Source of the DNA: Candidatus Methanoperedens sp.
Lineage (GTDB): Archaea; Halobacteriota; Methanosarcinia; Methanosarcinales; Methanoperedenaceae
Assembly (NCBI GenBank): GCA_027460535.1
Contig: JAPZAR010000027.1
Coordinates: forward strand, 90,001 to 122,000
DNA length: 32,000 nt
Direction of reading: 5' to 3'
The translations under genes and the position numbers were made by a program. Below the pieces are notes generated by a model that was not told the origin of the DNA, ran no database searches, and was given only the letters and a program-made list of their open reading frames with translations. This document shows, piece by piece, positions 24,143 to 32,000 of this stretch (position 1 is its first letter; every line of letters starts with the position of its first letter).

Positions 24143-25311
24143 CAGATTCCTCCTGTAATCTTGTCTATTAACACTTCAAATGCTTCATATACCCCGATTT
24201 TATCTTTTGCAACTGCGGGGACGATAGGCACGTCAGTAGGTAAATTGAACTGCTTTCTTATCTCTTCAGGGGTCAAAGCTCCTGCCAAATCCTGTTTATT
24301 GGCTATGATTACATAAGGCAACCCATAGGATTTCGTGATCTCAAGCATCTGTTTTGCGCGGATAAAATCTGTCGGATTCGTGGAATCCACGACAAGAAAG
24401 ATACCCATGGATTCTCCGCTCAATAGTTTTATGATAGGATCGAACCTCTCCTGGCCCGGTGTGCCGAAGATATCGGCGCTGAAACCCTTATATTCAACAT
24501 GGCCATGGTCAAGGGCGATTGTAGTGCCCAGCCTGTCAACGGAAATAGCCCTGGTTGAAAGTGCATGCACAAACGAGGATTTTCCGGCATCAAATGGCCC
24601 TGTAACAAGGATTTTTGGTATGAATAATTTTATTCCTCCAGGGCGCAATACCCTGAAAAGCATGGATTTCTTCGTTTCTTTTGCCCATGACGATTTAAGT
24701 ATCCCGAAATACTGCCCGAAAATGACGCGTTCCGCTATGCCGCCAATGGATATGACCGCATCGAACAGGTCTGTTCTAATGAGGTCCAGGGTTTCCTGGG
24801 AATACGGCCATGCAGTGAAATTATAGACCATCACATGATCATATAACATTGCCATTTTATTCCAGCCCCTTACAGCTTCGATGGTTTCTTTCTCACCGCA
24901 TAAATCCATTACGGTAGAGAGAGATCCGAACACGATGGTGCTTGGCGGCAATTCTTTTATTACATCCATTATCACATTATTGAAATTCTCAATGTTGTCA
25001 GGATTCGATACAACGTATTTCTCCTTTGAAGGTGCTCCAATCAGTGGATTATAAGCATCCACAAAAAAGAAATTATCTTTGTAAGGATTGAAATCCCAGC
25101 CAAACTCCTTGAACTGTCCCCTGATAATATCAGGTATGGTACTTGAGACAACAAATGCGCAGGTTCCACCAGTTTTTAGTGTGGTGTAAACTGTTTGCAT
25201 CCCGAAAACTTCGCCTTCTACACCTGGCTGGATATAATAAACGAGACTCTTTCCTTTTGGTATACCCCCTCCCAGAAATTCGTCGAGCTTTGGGATACCA
25301 GTCTCCGCCAT
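24142..25311 (-). CDS. Fusion protein: N-terminal KaiC/RecA-like domain lacking Walker A/B plus C-terminal small Ras/Arf-like GTPase (COG2229/MglA-like)
   Basis: The N-terminal domain (about 24619-25311) begins GIPKLDEFLGGGIPKGKSLVYYIQPGVEGEVFG, which is KaiC-like but has no GK[ST]. The C-terminal domain (about 24145-24618) has G1 GPFDAGKS, G3 DIFGTPGQERF and G4 NKQD. The start is set at the ATG at 25311, with GGGAG about 10 nt upstream. The ORF-track start is a TTG five codons earlier. Confidence 0.75.
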   Translation of the reverse strand: MAETGIPKLDEFLGGGIPKGKSLVYYIQPGVEGEVFGMQTVYTTLKTGGTCAFVVSSTIPDIIRGQFKEFGWDFNPYKDNFFFVDAYNPLIGAPSKEKYVVSNPDNIENFNNVIMDVIKELPPSTIVFGSLSTVMDLCGEKETIEAVRGWNKMAMLYDHVMVYNFTAWPYSQETLDLIRTDLFDAVISIGGIAERVIFGQYFGILKSSWAKETKKSMLFRVLRPGGIKLFIPKILVTGPFDAGKSSFVHALSTRAISVDRLGTTIALDHGHVEYKGFSADIFGTPGQERFDPIIKLLSGESMGIFLVVDSTNPTDFIRAKQMLEITKSYGLPYVIIANKQDLAGALTPEEIRKQFNLPTDVPIVPAVAKDKIGVYEAFEVLIDKITGGI

Positions 25312-25312
25312 G

Positions 25313-26017
25313 CTACTTTCTCCCAACTATTTTTATATTAGCTCCTTCTAACTCATATTCAAGCCATGGAGTGGGTTTCGGGGAAAGCCCAACCGCTCTT
25401 ATGAAATTTTTGTCATTTTCTGATTTTATCTCTATCATGCCGTCGAACAGCTGTTTCAATGTCGCGATAGCCTGCTCATCATGCATACCGCTCTCTATTA
25501 CATAGATTCCGAGAGCACCTGCAGCTTTGATGCGTCCGGTAAAAACATGGATGAACCTGAAGACGGTTTGGATATTTGAATACATCAATATTGTAGAAAG
25601 CGAATTAATATGAAGCTGGGTTTTCCGGATATTCTTTTTCATAAAGAAATCCTCGAAGAACTGGCTGATCTTTACCCCTATCCCTGTCAAGTCTACCGGG
25701 CTGCTTGCTATTTTTATATTCTCATTCTCAATAGCTGCCCCACCCAGCGTTTTTGTGACGCAATCAACGATCCCTACCCTGGATAGCGGCAATGCAAGTT
25801 TGTTTTCCTTGAACCATTCCAGAATATGTGTTGCAGATTCACGGGTGGTGACCGTTATCACTGCATTCTCATTCTTTGCGGCGCCGTTATACATTATGTA
25901 ATACAGGATGACTTCCTTTCCGCTCATGGGAGGGCCTATCAGCATGATATTCGAGCCCTTTTTTATACCACCTATTGCAATATCCAGTTCTTTGATACCA
26001 GTTGTATAATCACTCAT
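25313..26017 (-). CDS. Single-domain KaiC/RecA-superfamily (FlaH/GvpD/RAD55-like) protein with deviant Walker motifs
   Basis: The pattern is TGIKELDIAIGGIKKGSNIMLIGPPMSGKEVIL. Walker A is GPPMSGKE, with Glu after Lys. The Walker B position reads QLHINSLS, with Asn where Asp is expected. The stop codon lies 1 nt before the next ATG. Confidence 0.75.
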   Translation of the reverse strand: MSDYTTGIKELDIAIGGIKKGSNIMLIGPPMSGKEVILYYIMYNGAAKNENAVITVTTRESATHILEWFKENKLALPLSRVGIVDCVTKTLGGAAIENENIKIASSPVDLTGIGVKISQFFEDFFMKKNIRKTQLHINSLSTILMYSNIQTVFRFIHVFTGRIKAAGALGIYVIESGMHDEQAIATLKQLFDGMIEIKSENDKNFIRAVGLSPKPTPWLEYELEGANIKIVGRK

Positions 26018-26059
26018 CTTTATGCCTTTAGTACCGATAATACTATTTAAATTTTAGTA

Positions 26060-26067
26060 TATATAAA
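26060..26067 (-). promoter_or_regulatory. Candidate archaeal TATA box for the KaiC-like/GTPase operon
   Basis: The minus strand reads TTTATATA, the methanogen TATA consensus, 43-50 nt upstream of the ATG at 26017. This rests on sequence only, with no TSS data. Confidence 0.3.
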
Positions 26068-26142
26068 TAACTACTATGTGTTATAAAAAAACCGATATAA
26101 CATTGGATTTTTGAAATGCTTGCTTCAAAATTCGAATCATTC

Positions 26143-26544
26143 TTAGACTTTATACAAATAAAATCTAGTTTTTTTATAATTTATTAGCTTATAATTTTTA
26201 AAGAACCTGCTCAGATCAGCCTTTTCATTACCGAATGGTCTGATAAGCAGGTCCGCTCCGACTTCTTCCGCAATTTTGGCCATGGCTTCCTGAAAGTCGA
26301 TGGGCGGTCTTATCGAATAAATAAGGGACGCATTTTTATAAATCCCGATGCTGGGATCGAATACATCATCCCTGAAAAACCTGACCCCAGCATATTCCCG
26401 GTCGATTATGTCTGTTACGACAACTTCGATCGTATCTTTCAGTAAAAGAGCGACCTCGGGTCTGCTACCCACTCCGACCTCCACCACTTTCTCGCTGTAG
26501 TTTTTCAGTATATATTCTGAAAGATCTTCGTAATCTGAAATCAT
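26143..26544 (-). CDS. UPF0146 family protein (Rossmann/SAM-MTase-like fold)
   Basis: The 133-aa product shows KVVEVGVGSRPEVALLL...VVVTDI...DDVFDP...IYKNASLIYSIRPP, typical of archaeal UPF0146. Confidence 0.75.
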   Translation of the reverse strand: MISDYEDLSEYILKNYSEKVVEVGVGSRPEVALLLKDTIEVVVTDIIDREYAGVRFFRDDVFDPSIGIYKNASLIYSIRPPIDFQEAMAKIAEEVGADLLIRPFGNEKADLSRFFKNYKLINYKKTRFYLYKV

Positions 26545-26638
26545 GACCTGATGCTGCCTTTATAAAACTTCCAGAAATAAATAATATTGCTCAATTTTTG
26601 GAAATATTAAAATACACAAATAGCATTATCTCACATAT

Positions 26639-26902
26639 ATGGGTTCAAATAGTGTATTTAGACATCTGATGATCAATCGCACTACCATCTCAAACAGTAT
26701 TGTTTTCCCGGCCTTCCAGGCAAAGGTATCTTCCAGAGACGATCATGTTGCAGAACGGTCTCCAATGATGTATGGGAAAATCGCAGAAAGAGGGTCCTCC
26801 AGTATCAAAGAACTCCTATCTGAATGTAGCAACTACAGAGTCTCCTTATTTTTTGTAAGAGGCGCTGATTCTGCATCCTTCCCTCAAAAGCCGGAGCTTT
26901 AA
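26639..26902 (+). CDS. Hypothetical small protein (weakly supported)
   Basis: The 87-aa ORF fills the gap before the kinase gene exactly. It has no SD. An AT-rich TATA-like element (AAATATTAAAAT, 26602-26613) lies about 30 nt upstream, so a leaderless mRNA is possible. I recognised no family. Confidence 0.2.
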   Translation: MGSNSVFRHLMINRTTISNSIVFPAFQAKVSSRDDHVAERSPMMYGKIAERGSSSIKELLSECSNYRVSLFFVRGADSASFPQKPEL

Positions 26903-26905
26903 AAT

Positions 26906-29020
26906 ATGGAAACAAATGAATCCCCCAAATTAAAAGCTCTATCAGATATCTCGTCAATAGATATTGCTCTTGATTTTAATGAGATCCTTCCAAAAATACT
27001 GAAAATCATGTGCGAAGCGATGAGGGCACATTCAGGAACCATCATGCTTGTCAATGGAAGTAATGATGAACTGAGGATGGTGGCTGCGTATGGATTGCCT
27101 AGCGACTATATCGAAAGGGTATATAATGCTGCAAAAAAAGCAAATGTGCTCATATCCTCAAGCCCTTCAGGGACAGCATTAATCACAAGAAAATATTACT
27201 CTGTTCCGAACGTTTTCGAAGAACCCAAAAATATACCCTGGACACATTTAGCAAGAGAACTTGGTTTTTCAGCCCAGATATTCGCTCCCATGAAAAAGGG
27301 GCAAAAAGTCATTGGTCTCCTGAATGTTTACATGACAGACCCGCATCAGTTTACGGACGAAGAGATCAATTTTGTTACAATTGCAGCATCACAGGCTTCT
27401 TCAGTGGTCCAGAATGCAAGAATATGCGGCCAATTGAAAGATAATGTTCTGGAACTTAATAAATACAAGGAGCAGCTTGAAGAGAAAATAAATGAAACAC
27501 ATAAAAAATTATATAATTCTGAGAGATATCTGAGGGCAATAATTGAATCTTCGCTTGATGGAATAGCAGTGGTGGATGATCAGGGCAGATTTGAGTTCGG
27601 CAATGATTCGCTCTTTGACATCCTAGGCTGGCCGAGAGAAGAAATAATCGGCCAGGTTTTCACAAAGATAATCCCCGAAGATATGCTGGAATTTATGCAG
27701 GAACGCTGGAGTGAGATTCAAAATGGGATCGAGATTCCTTATGAAACTAAAATTAGAACAAAAAAAGGGGAAATAAAATATATATATCTATCCCCTGCGA
27801 AAACAGAATTTGATGGAAAAATAAAATATATAGGGATCAGTAAGGACATCTCAGAAAATAAGAAACTTGAATTGAATCTGAAAGAATCCGAGGTCAGGTA
27901 CAGGGACCTCTTTGAGAACGCCGACGACCCCATGTACACAATGGATACAGAGGGTTACTTCAAAGAAATAAATAATGCGGGACTGGATATATTTGGAGGA
28001 ATAGAGGAAGAAGTTATAGGATCTCATATATCAAGATGGCTGACACCGGAGAGTTCTATAATAGCTCAGGAACTCCTGACAAGACAAATATCAGGCGAAC
28101 CCTGGAACCAACCAATAATCCTTGAAGTGATCCGCAAGAACGGGGAGCACAGGTGGGGTGAGATAAAAACAAGGGTTATTAAGAAGGATGGCAGGGTAAA
28201 TGCAATCCACGGCATTGCAGGGGATATAACTGAAAAAAGGAAGATGGAACAGAAGCTCAAGGAATACAATGAAAAATTAGAAAAATCCTACGAATCTCTC
28301 AAGGAAGCCGATAGAATAAAGACTGAATTCATCTCGAATATAACCCATGAATTATTTACACCTCTGACATCGATTAAAGGATTTGCTGAATTGATCCACG
28401 ATGGGACAGTGGGCAGGATCAATGACCAGCAAAAAAAGAGCCTGGAAGCCATCCTTCGGAACTCAAACAGGCTGATCGGGTTGATCAAAGAATTACTGGA
28501 CACAGCATATCTAGAAAAAAATAAGTTTGGACTTCAATTCGGTCTAACTTCAATAAATGAGATTATCTCAAGATCCATCAAGGACATTCAGCCCCTGGCA
28601 AAAGAGAAGGAAATCTCGATAATCCTTGATATGAAACAGCTTCCGAAAGTCTGGGGGGATGAAGGAAGACTCATCCAGGTGATAATAAACCTGCTTATCA
28701 ATGCGGTAAAATTCACACCGCAAAAAGGAATTATAACAATTACTGCATTTGATGGCCCAAAAGGTATCATTATCCGAATAATAGATACGGGCATCGGTAT
28801 CCCCTCTGATAAACTTGACCGCATATTTGACAGGTTCTACCAGGTAGATGGTTCAACTAGTAGAAAATACGGGGGAGTCGGTCTTGGACTTTCGATATGC
28901 AGGAGCATAATAGAAAAACACTTCGGTTCCATCTGGGCAGAGAGTAATAGCAAGGGAAGCACATTTAATATAACGCTGCCCAAATTGTCACAAAGCAAGA
29001 AAGAAGACTTGGAGGATTGA
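26906..29020 (+). CDS. Cytoplasmic sensor histidine kinase, GAF-PAS-PAS-HisKA-HATPase_c
   Basis: There are no TM segments. The N-terminal GAF-like region is followed by two PAS regions (RAIIESSLDGIAVVD... and YRDLFENADDPMYTMD...). The H-box is FISNITHELFTPLTSI, the N-box is LLINAVKFT, and the G-boxes are IDTGIGI and GGVGLGLSI. Confidence 0.9.
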   Translation: METNESPKLKALSDISSIDIALDFNEILPKILKIMCEAMRAHSGTIMLVNGSNDELRMVAAYGLPSDYIERVYNAAKKANVLISSSPSGTALITRKYYSVPNVFEEPKNIPWTHLARELGFSAQIFAPMKKGQKVIGLLNVYMTDPHQFTDEEINFVTIAASQASSVVQNARICGQLKDNVLELNKYKEQLEEKINETHKKLYNSERYLRAIIESSLDGIAVVDDQGRFEFGNDSLFDILGWPREEIIGQVFTKIIPEDMLEFMQERWSEIQNGIEIPYETKIRTKKGEIKYIYLSPAKTEFDGKIKYIGISKDISENKKLELNLKESEVRYRDLFENADDPMYTMDTEGYFKEINNAGLDIFGGIEEEVIGSHISRWLTPESSIIAQELLTRQISGEPWNQPIILEVIRKNGEHRWGEIKTRVIKKDGRVNAIHGIAGDITEKRKMEQKLKEYNEKLEKSYESLKEADRIKTEFISNITHELFTPLTSIKGFAELIHDGTVGRINDQQKKSLEAILRNSNRLIGLIKELLDTAYLEKNKFGLQFGLTSINEIISRSIKDIQPLAKEKEISIILDMKQLPKVWGDEGRLIQVIINLLINAVKFTPQKGIITITAFDGPKGIIIRIIDTGIGIPSDKLDRIFDRFYQVDGSTSRKYGGVGLGLSICRSIIEKHFGSIWAESNSKGSTFNITLPKLSQSKKEDLED

Positions 29021-29809
29021 ATGTTCGATGCCGGAATTGAGTCGGGCAGGTTTGCCGCTTCTTTTTACAAAAGCTGGATAATGGCTAAAAGGAATTTTTT
29101 TACCATATTTGAAGTCTTATTCTGGCCATTCATAGGCCTTATGTCCATAGGCCTTATGGCTAATTTTTTATCAATGAGCCCCAATGCCATTTCTTTCATC
29201 CTTATAGGTGCGATCGCATTCAGCATTGTTCAGGTATGCCAGATTGATGTCGCGTATGTTATGCTTTTTGATATGTGGAGCAAAAGCATAAAACATACCT
29301 TCATAGCGCCTGTAAGGGGCTATCACCTGATTATCGGTTCACTCCTCTTCGGCATATTAAGAGGGACTATTGTCTCCATTATCCTGGTTATACTCAGCTT
29401 TTATGCGTTCGGTTTTAATTTTTTTGCTGCAGGTGTGATACCCATTATTGTTTTTTTAGCAGGGCTTTTCCTGACCTCTGCAGCTATAGGTATTCTGGTT
29501 TGCATCTCAATCCTCCTGTTCGGCCAGCGCGCTGAAGTGGCCGCATGGACAATGACCGGCATAATGATGTTCATCTGCGGGATTTATTATCCTGTTACAG
29601 TGCTTCCGGAAAGTATCCAGGTGATTGCACGCGCAATCCCGCTTACTTATTTCCTTGAATACATGCGTTCATTTTACGGCTTCGGTGCCGCAAATGTAAC
29701 TCTCGGATTTGCCCTGGCTATATTTTATTTCGCGGCAGGCATTATCGCGCTTGACAGAGCGATCATGAGGGCAAGGCGCTCAGGCATATTGCTGCGGCTC
29801 TCCGAGTGA
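29021..29809 (+). CDS. ABC-2 type permease-like integral membrane protein (no cognate ATPase adjacent)
   Basis: The 262-aa product has about six TM spans and a PLTYFLEYMR motif region typical of ABC-2 permeases. The ATG immediately follows the kinase stop codon (TGAATG). Confidence 0.75.
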   Translation: MFDAGIESGRFAASFYKSWIMAKRNFFTIFEVLFWPFIGLMSIGLMANFLSMSPNAISFILIGAIAFSIVQVCQIDVAYVMLFDMWSKSIKHTFIAPVRGYHLIIGSLLFGILRGTIVSIILVILSFYAFGFNFFAAGVIPIIVFLAGLFLTSAAIGILVCISILLFGQRAEVAAWTMTGIMMFICGIYYPVTVLPESIQVIARAIPLTYFLEYMRSFYGFGAANVTLGFALAIFYFAAGIIALDRAIMRARRSGILLRLSE

Positions 29810-29936
29810 GAAGTCTGGAAAAGACCAAAAAATATCGTGATCCATTCTCCAATTATTTAATGATTTTCATTGTTAGAAAAATAATTTGATTAGCATACCA
29901 TTAACCGCGATATGTTGGATTACTAAGAACTATATG

Positions 29937-31130
29937 TTATTTCATATTTTTTGACAATTCCGTCAGCGATTCCATGTATCTTTTGGATTGTTCCAAACCT
30001 GAGATTTTTCTATCTTCATAATTTTTGATGACTGTCCCTGCAGCCAATCTGATGTGTGGAGTTCCATCATTTACAATCTCGACTGCTACTATGCTGTTCA
30101 ATAATAACAAAATACATACCATAATTGCATATGGCTTCATCAGTTTTTCATTAATTGCGATCAAGCCCCATGGAATTATTGGAATCAGGTAGGGAACCTT
30201 GTACGGAAAAATGAAATAGGATGAAACAAAGATAAACCCCGTCAACCAACAGAAATTCAATAATTGTTTGCGCTCAATGAACTGTCTATTTTTAGGACTG
30301 AATATCACAAAAAAAATGAGAAATATTAAGGCAACTATACCAAATAATTCCATAATCATGTTATTAAATGATACTCCAACGGAAACAGAAAGCATGGATA
30401 TGGGCTTCATGATGGGAGTAGTAGAGAGATATCCGGAGCCGTGAAGAAATTCAAGTTCATATTTGCTGAATACGGGCCAGAACAATAACAATGCTGTAAT
30501 GACAGATATAGACACGAAAGCTAAGGCTTCCCTGATATTTCCTTTTTCCGAAAAAGCCCAAAATAGAATAGGAATTATCATAAATGCTGAGGTGAACCTC
30601 ATTCCAACTGAAAATCCAATGGCAATTCCTGCAATGGAATATTTAGACTTGAATGCAAGATAGCTCCCCAGCAAAATGAACATAAGAGCCCACATATAAT
30701 CCATGGTTATCACGCTATTTATCCATAGAAGAGGGAAAAAGGCAAAAGCAATTACGAGTAATGCTCTATTTTCTATTTTAAAAATGTTCAATATCTTGCC
30801 AAAAACTACTACTGATATAAACGAAACAATCATTGTTGCAGTGTTTGTGGCAATCCAGCCATTCTGAATGAAAAGTGCATTCGCAAATTCGTAAAGTGGG
30901 TATCCTGGGAAGCGTGACACGGTATAAACATGATTATATCTGATAAGAAATGCTGAATTCACCACTGACAGCGTGTCATAATCAGTTTTAGAACTGAAAG
31001 TGCTGAAACCGAGGTTTATGAAAGGGATACGTGAAATGAAAAATATTAAGGCCAGAATAACGACTGAGGGAAAATTCGTTAAATCGTAATTTAATAAATC
31101 TTTTTCAATCCTAGGCAATTTGAACATCAC
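29937..31130 (-). CDS. Polytopic membrane protein, GT-C-type glycosyltransferase-like (PMT_2/ArnT-like; tentative)
   Basis: The 397-aa product has at least 10 hydrophobic spans and a first-loop acidic/aromatic region (KTDYDTLSVVNSAF...RFPGYPLYEF). There is no WWDYG motif, so it is not AglB. Confidence 0.45.
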   Translation of the reverse strand: MMFKLPRIEKDLLNYDLTNFPSVVILALIFFISRIPFINLGFSTFSSKTDYDTLSVVNSAFLIRYNHVYTVSRFPGYPLYEFANALFIQNGWIATNTATMIVSFISVVVFGKILNIFKIENRALLVIAFAFFPLLWINSVITMDYMWALMFILLGSYLAFKSKYSIAGIAIGFSVGMRFTSAFMIIPILFWAFSEKGNIREALAFVSISVITALLLFWPVFSKYELEFLHGSGYLSTTPIMKPISMLSVSVGVSFNNMIMELFGIVALIFLIFFVIFSPKNRQFIERKQLLNFCWLTGFIFVSSYFIFPYKVPYLIPIIPWGLIAINEKLMKPYAIMVCILLLLNSIVAVEIVNDGTPHIRLAAGTVIKNYEDRKISGLEQSKRYMESLTELSKNMK

Positions 31131-31162
31131 TTCAATATTGCATGGTTTATTATTAAAGCAAT

Positions 31163-31196
31163 CTAAAAAAGAAAAGGTGAAGGGATCTCTCCCTTC
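31163..31196 (-). terminator. Hairpin plus T-rich tract terminator candidate after the S-layer gene
   Basis: On the minus strand, GAAGGGA-GAGA-TCCCTTC (31179-31196) starts 13 nt after the stop codon. It is followed by ACCTTTTCTTTTTTAG. Confidence 0.5.
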
Positions 31197-31208
31197 GATT
31201 TTATTTAT

Positions 31209-32000
31209 TTACTTTCTCTGTCTCAACACGAGGTAAGCTACTGCGAGCAATCCTGCGATCGCGAAGACTGCCTGGAATCCAGGCTCTTTTGGAGTCGCTG
31301 TTGCTGCTGCTGGCTTGGCTGTCTCAGTGACCGCCGGTGCCGTTGTTTCAACTACTGTTGCTGCGACGGTAGCATTGCCCGTTGGCTTCATACCTGTTCC
31401 AGTTGGTGTAACAGATCCTGTGACTGTGACTCCCGTGCCTGTTGGTCCTGGACCAGCGCCGATCTGGTAATCTACCACTGGGTAGTACCTCAAATCGGTG
31501 GCGCTGTCTGCCACTCTGAACTTCATTTCACCCATGATGTCAACAGTTCCGTCCTGGGTAAGGTCCACTGATTTATCTTTGTTCTTCAGTACAAGGGTAT
31601 CGGCACCTGCACTTGTTACTTCCATGTTGCCAAATACATCAGCACTCTTAACTTCTGTGACTGACGTACCTATCGCCCATGTATATCTCAACTGCACCAT
31701 ATCGCTTGTGGCACCAGCAAATACGCTGTCGACATAGGTAACGAACAATGGAACATCTGTCTCGCCTGCAAAGCTCTTCTCTATATAGGTATAAACTCCG
31801 CCCTGTGCAATTACCTTATCGTCTTTCTTGACGCCGTCCTTGCTTAGGACAAGCCATGCCTGTCTTGGAGTTGCTTTGGCATCAATGCTCTGGGCTGATA
31901 ATGTCCAGCCATCTCCAATGTCCCAGGTCTCTCCGACCGTCAGTGACTTCTTTTCATTAGTGGCATTGCCCTGCTCGATTATAAGCTTGGCTAATTTCTT
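31209..32000 (-). CDS. S-layer family protein (DUF1608-type domain) with PGF-CTERM anchor; 5' end outside window
   Basis: I extended the frame by hand, and it stays open to base 32000. The extended region reads ...GETWDIGDGWTLSAQSIDAKATPRQAWLVLSKDGVKKDDKVIAQGGVYTYIEKSFAGETDVPLFVTYVDSVFAGATSDMVQLRYTW...KFRVADSATDLRYYP. A Thr/Pro/Gly/Ala linker follows, then PGFQAVFAIAGLLAVAYLVLRQRK. The start at 31748 in the ORF track is an internal TTG. Confidence 0.8.
   Translation of the reverse strand, partial: KKLAKLIIEQGNATNEKKSLTVGETWDIGDGWTLSAQSIDAKATPRQAWLVLSKDGVKKDDKVIAQGGVYTYIEKSFAGETDVPLFVTYVDSVFAGATSDMVQLRYTWAIGTSVTEVKSADVFGNMEVTSAGADTLVLKNKDKSVDLTQDGTVDIMGEMKFRVADSATDLRYYPVVDYQIGAGPGPTGTGVTVTGSVTPTGTGMKPTGNATVAATVVETTAPAVTETAKPAAATATPKEPGFQAVFAIAGLLAVAYLVLRQRK

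Noticed and set aside
23790-24158. A 122-aa plus-strand ORF almost exactly coextensive with the Roadblock gene
   Set aside because: The minus-strand product has a clear Roadblock/LC7 pattern and start/stop coupling to its neighbours. The plus-strand translation is Ser/Ala/Pro/Arg-rich with no recognisable fold or SD.
1-32000. A whole-window search for CRISPR repeats, rRNA/tRNA genes, transposases or integrases, and toxin-antitoxin or known defence genes
   Set aside because: I found no regularly spaced direct repeats, no tRNA-like T-arm or acceptor patterns in the intergenic regions, and no ORF with DDE, serine or tyrosine recombinase signatures. The accessory character of parts of the window rests on composition and gene content only.

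Overview
The window looks like an archaeal chromosome segment of Methanosarcinales type. Supporting genes are a thermosome, aIF-1A, ribosomal protein S19e, an Sm-like protein, an aDim2-like KH protein, a DmrX/AfpA-type flavoprotein, a DUF1608 S-layer protein, two PGF-CTERM sorting signals and an octaheme c-type cytochrome. The cytochrome suggests an ANME-2d / Methanoperedens-like organism, but that is inference only. About 33 protein-coding genes are supportable, arranged in alternating strand blocks. I saw no rRNA, tRNA, CRISPR array, transposase or integrase. The content splits into four parts. (i) Housekeeping genes: thermosome, aIF-1A, KH protein, Sm, RtcA, CysRS, S19e, PDCD5-like and YhbY. 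(ii) An oxidative/electrophile-stress accessory stretch at about 5.9-15.6 kb. It holds flavodoxin, DUF3303, heme catalase, pirin, a dienelactone hydrolase lipoprotein, a DJ-1/Hsp31-like protein, a flavin reductase and a compositionally foreign GC-rich CrtI-like oxidoreductase, and is interrupted by a secreted octaheme cytochrome with IPT/TIG domains. (iii) Cell-envelope genes: a DUF3494 ice-binding-like protein and an S-layer protein, both with PGF-CTERM, plus a GT-C-like membrane protein. (iv) Signalling modules. The best candidate for an undescribed system is a four-gene, start/stop-overlapping operon at 23.5-26.0 kb on the minus strand. It encodes a KaiC-like protein with deviant Walker motifs, a fusion of a Walker-less KaiC-like domain to a small Ras/Arf-like GTPase, a Roadblock/LC7 (MglB-like) protein and a YhbY RNA-binding protein, and it lies directly upstream of S19e. 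Other items worth follow-up are a soluble GAF-PAS-PAS histidine kinase abutting an orphan ABC-2 permease, a short CysRS embedded in an ABC-2 exporter operon, a GC-rich cluster of consecutive hairpins at 1249-1405, and a G-quadruplex motif nested in an 11-bp inverted repeat at 18255-18316. All family assignments come from reading motifs in the translated ORFs. No database search was run.
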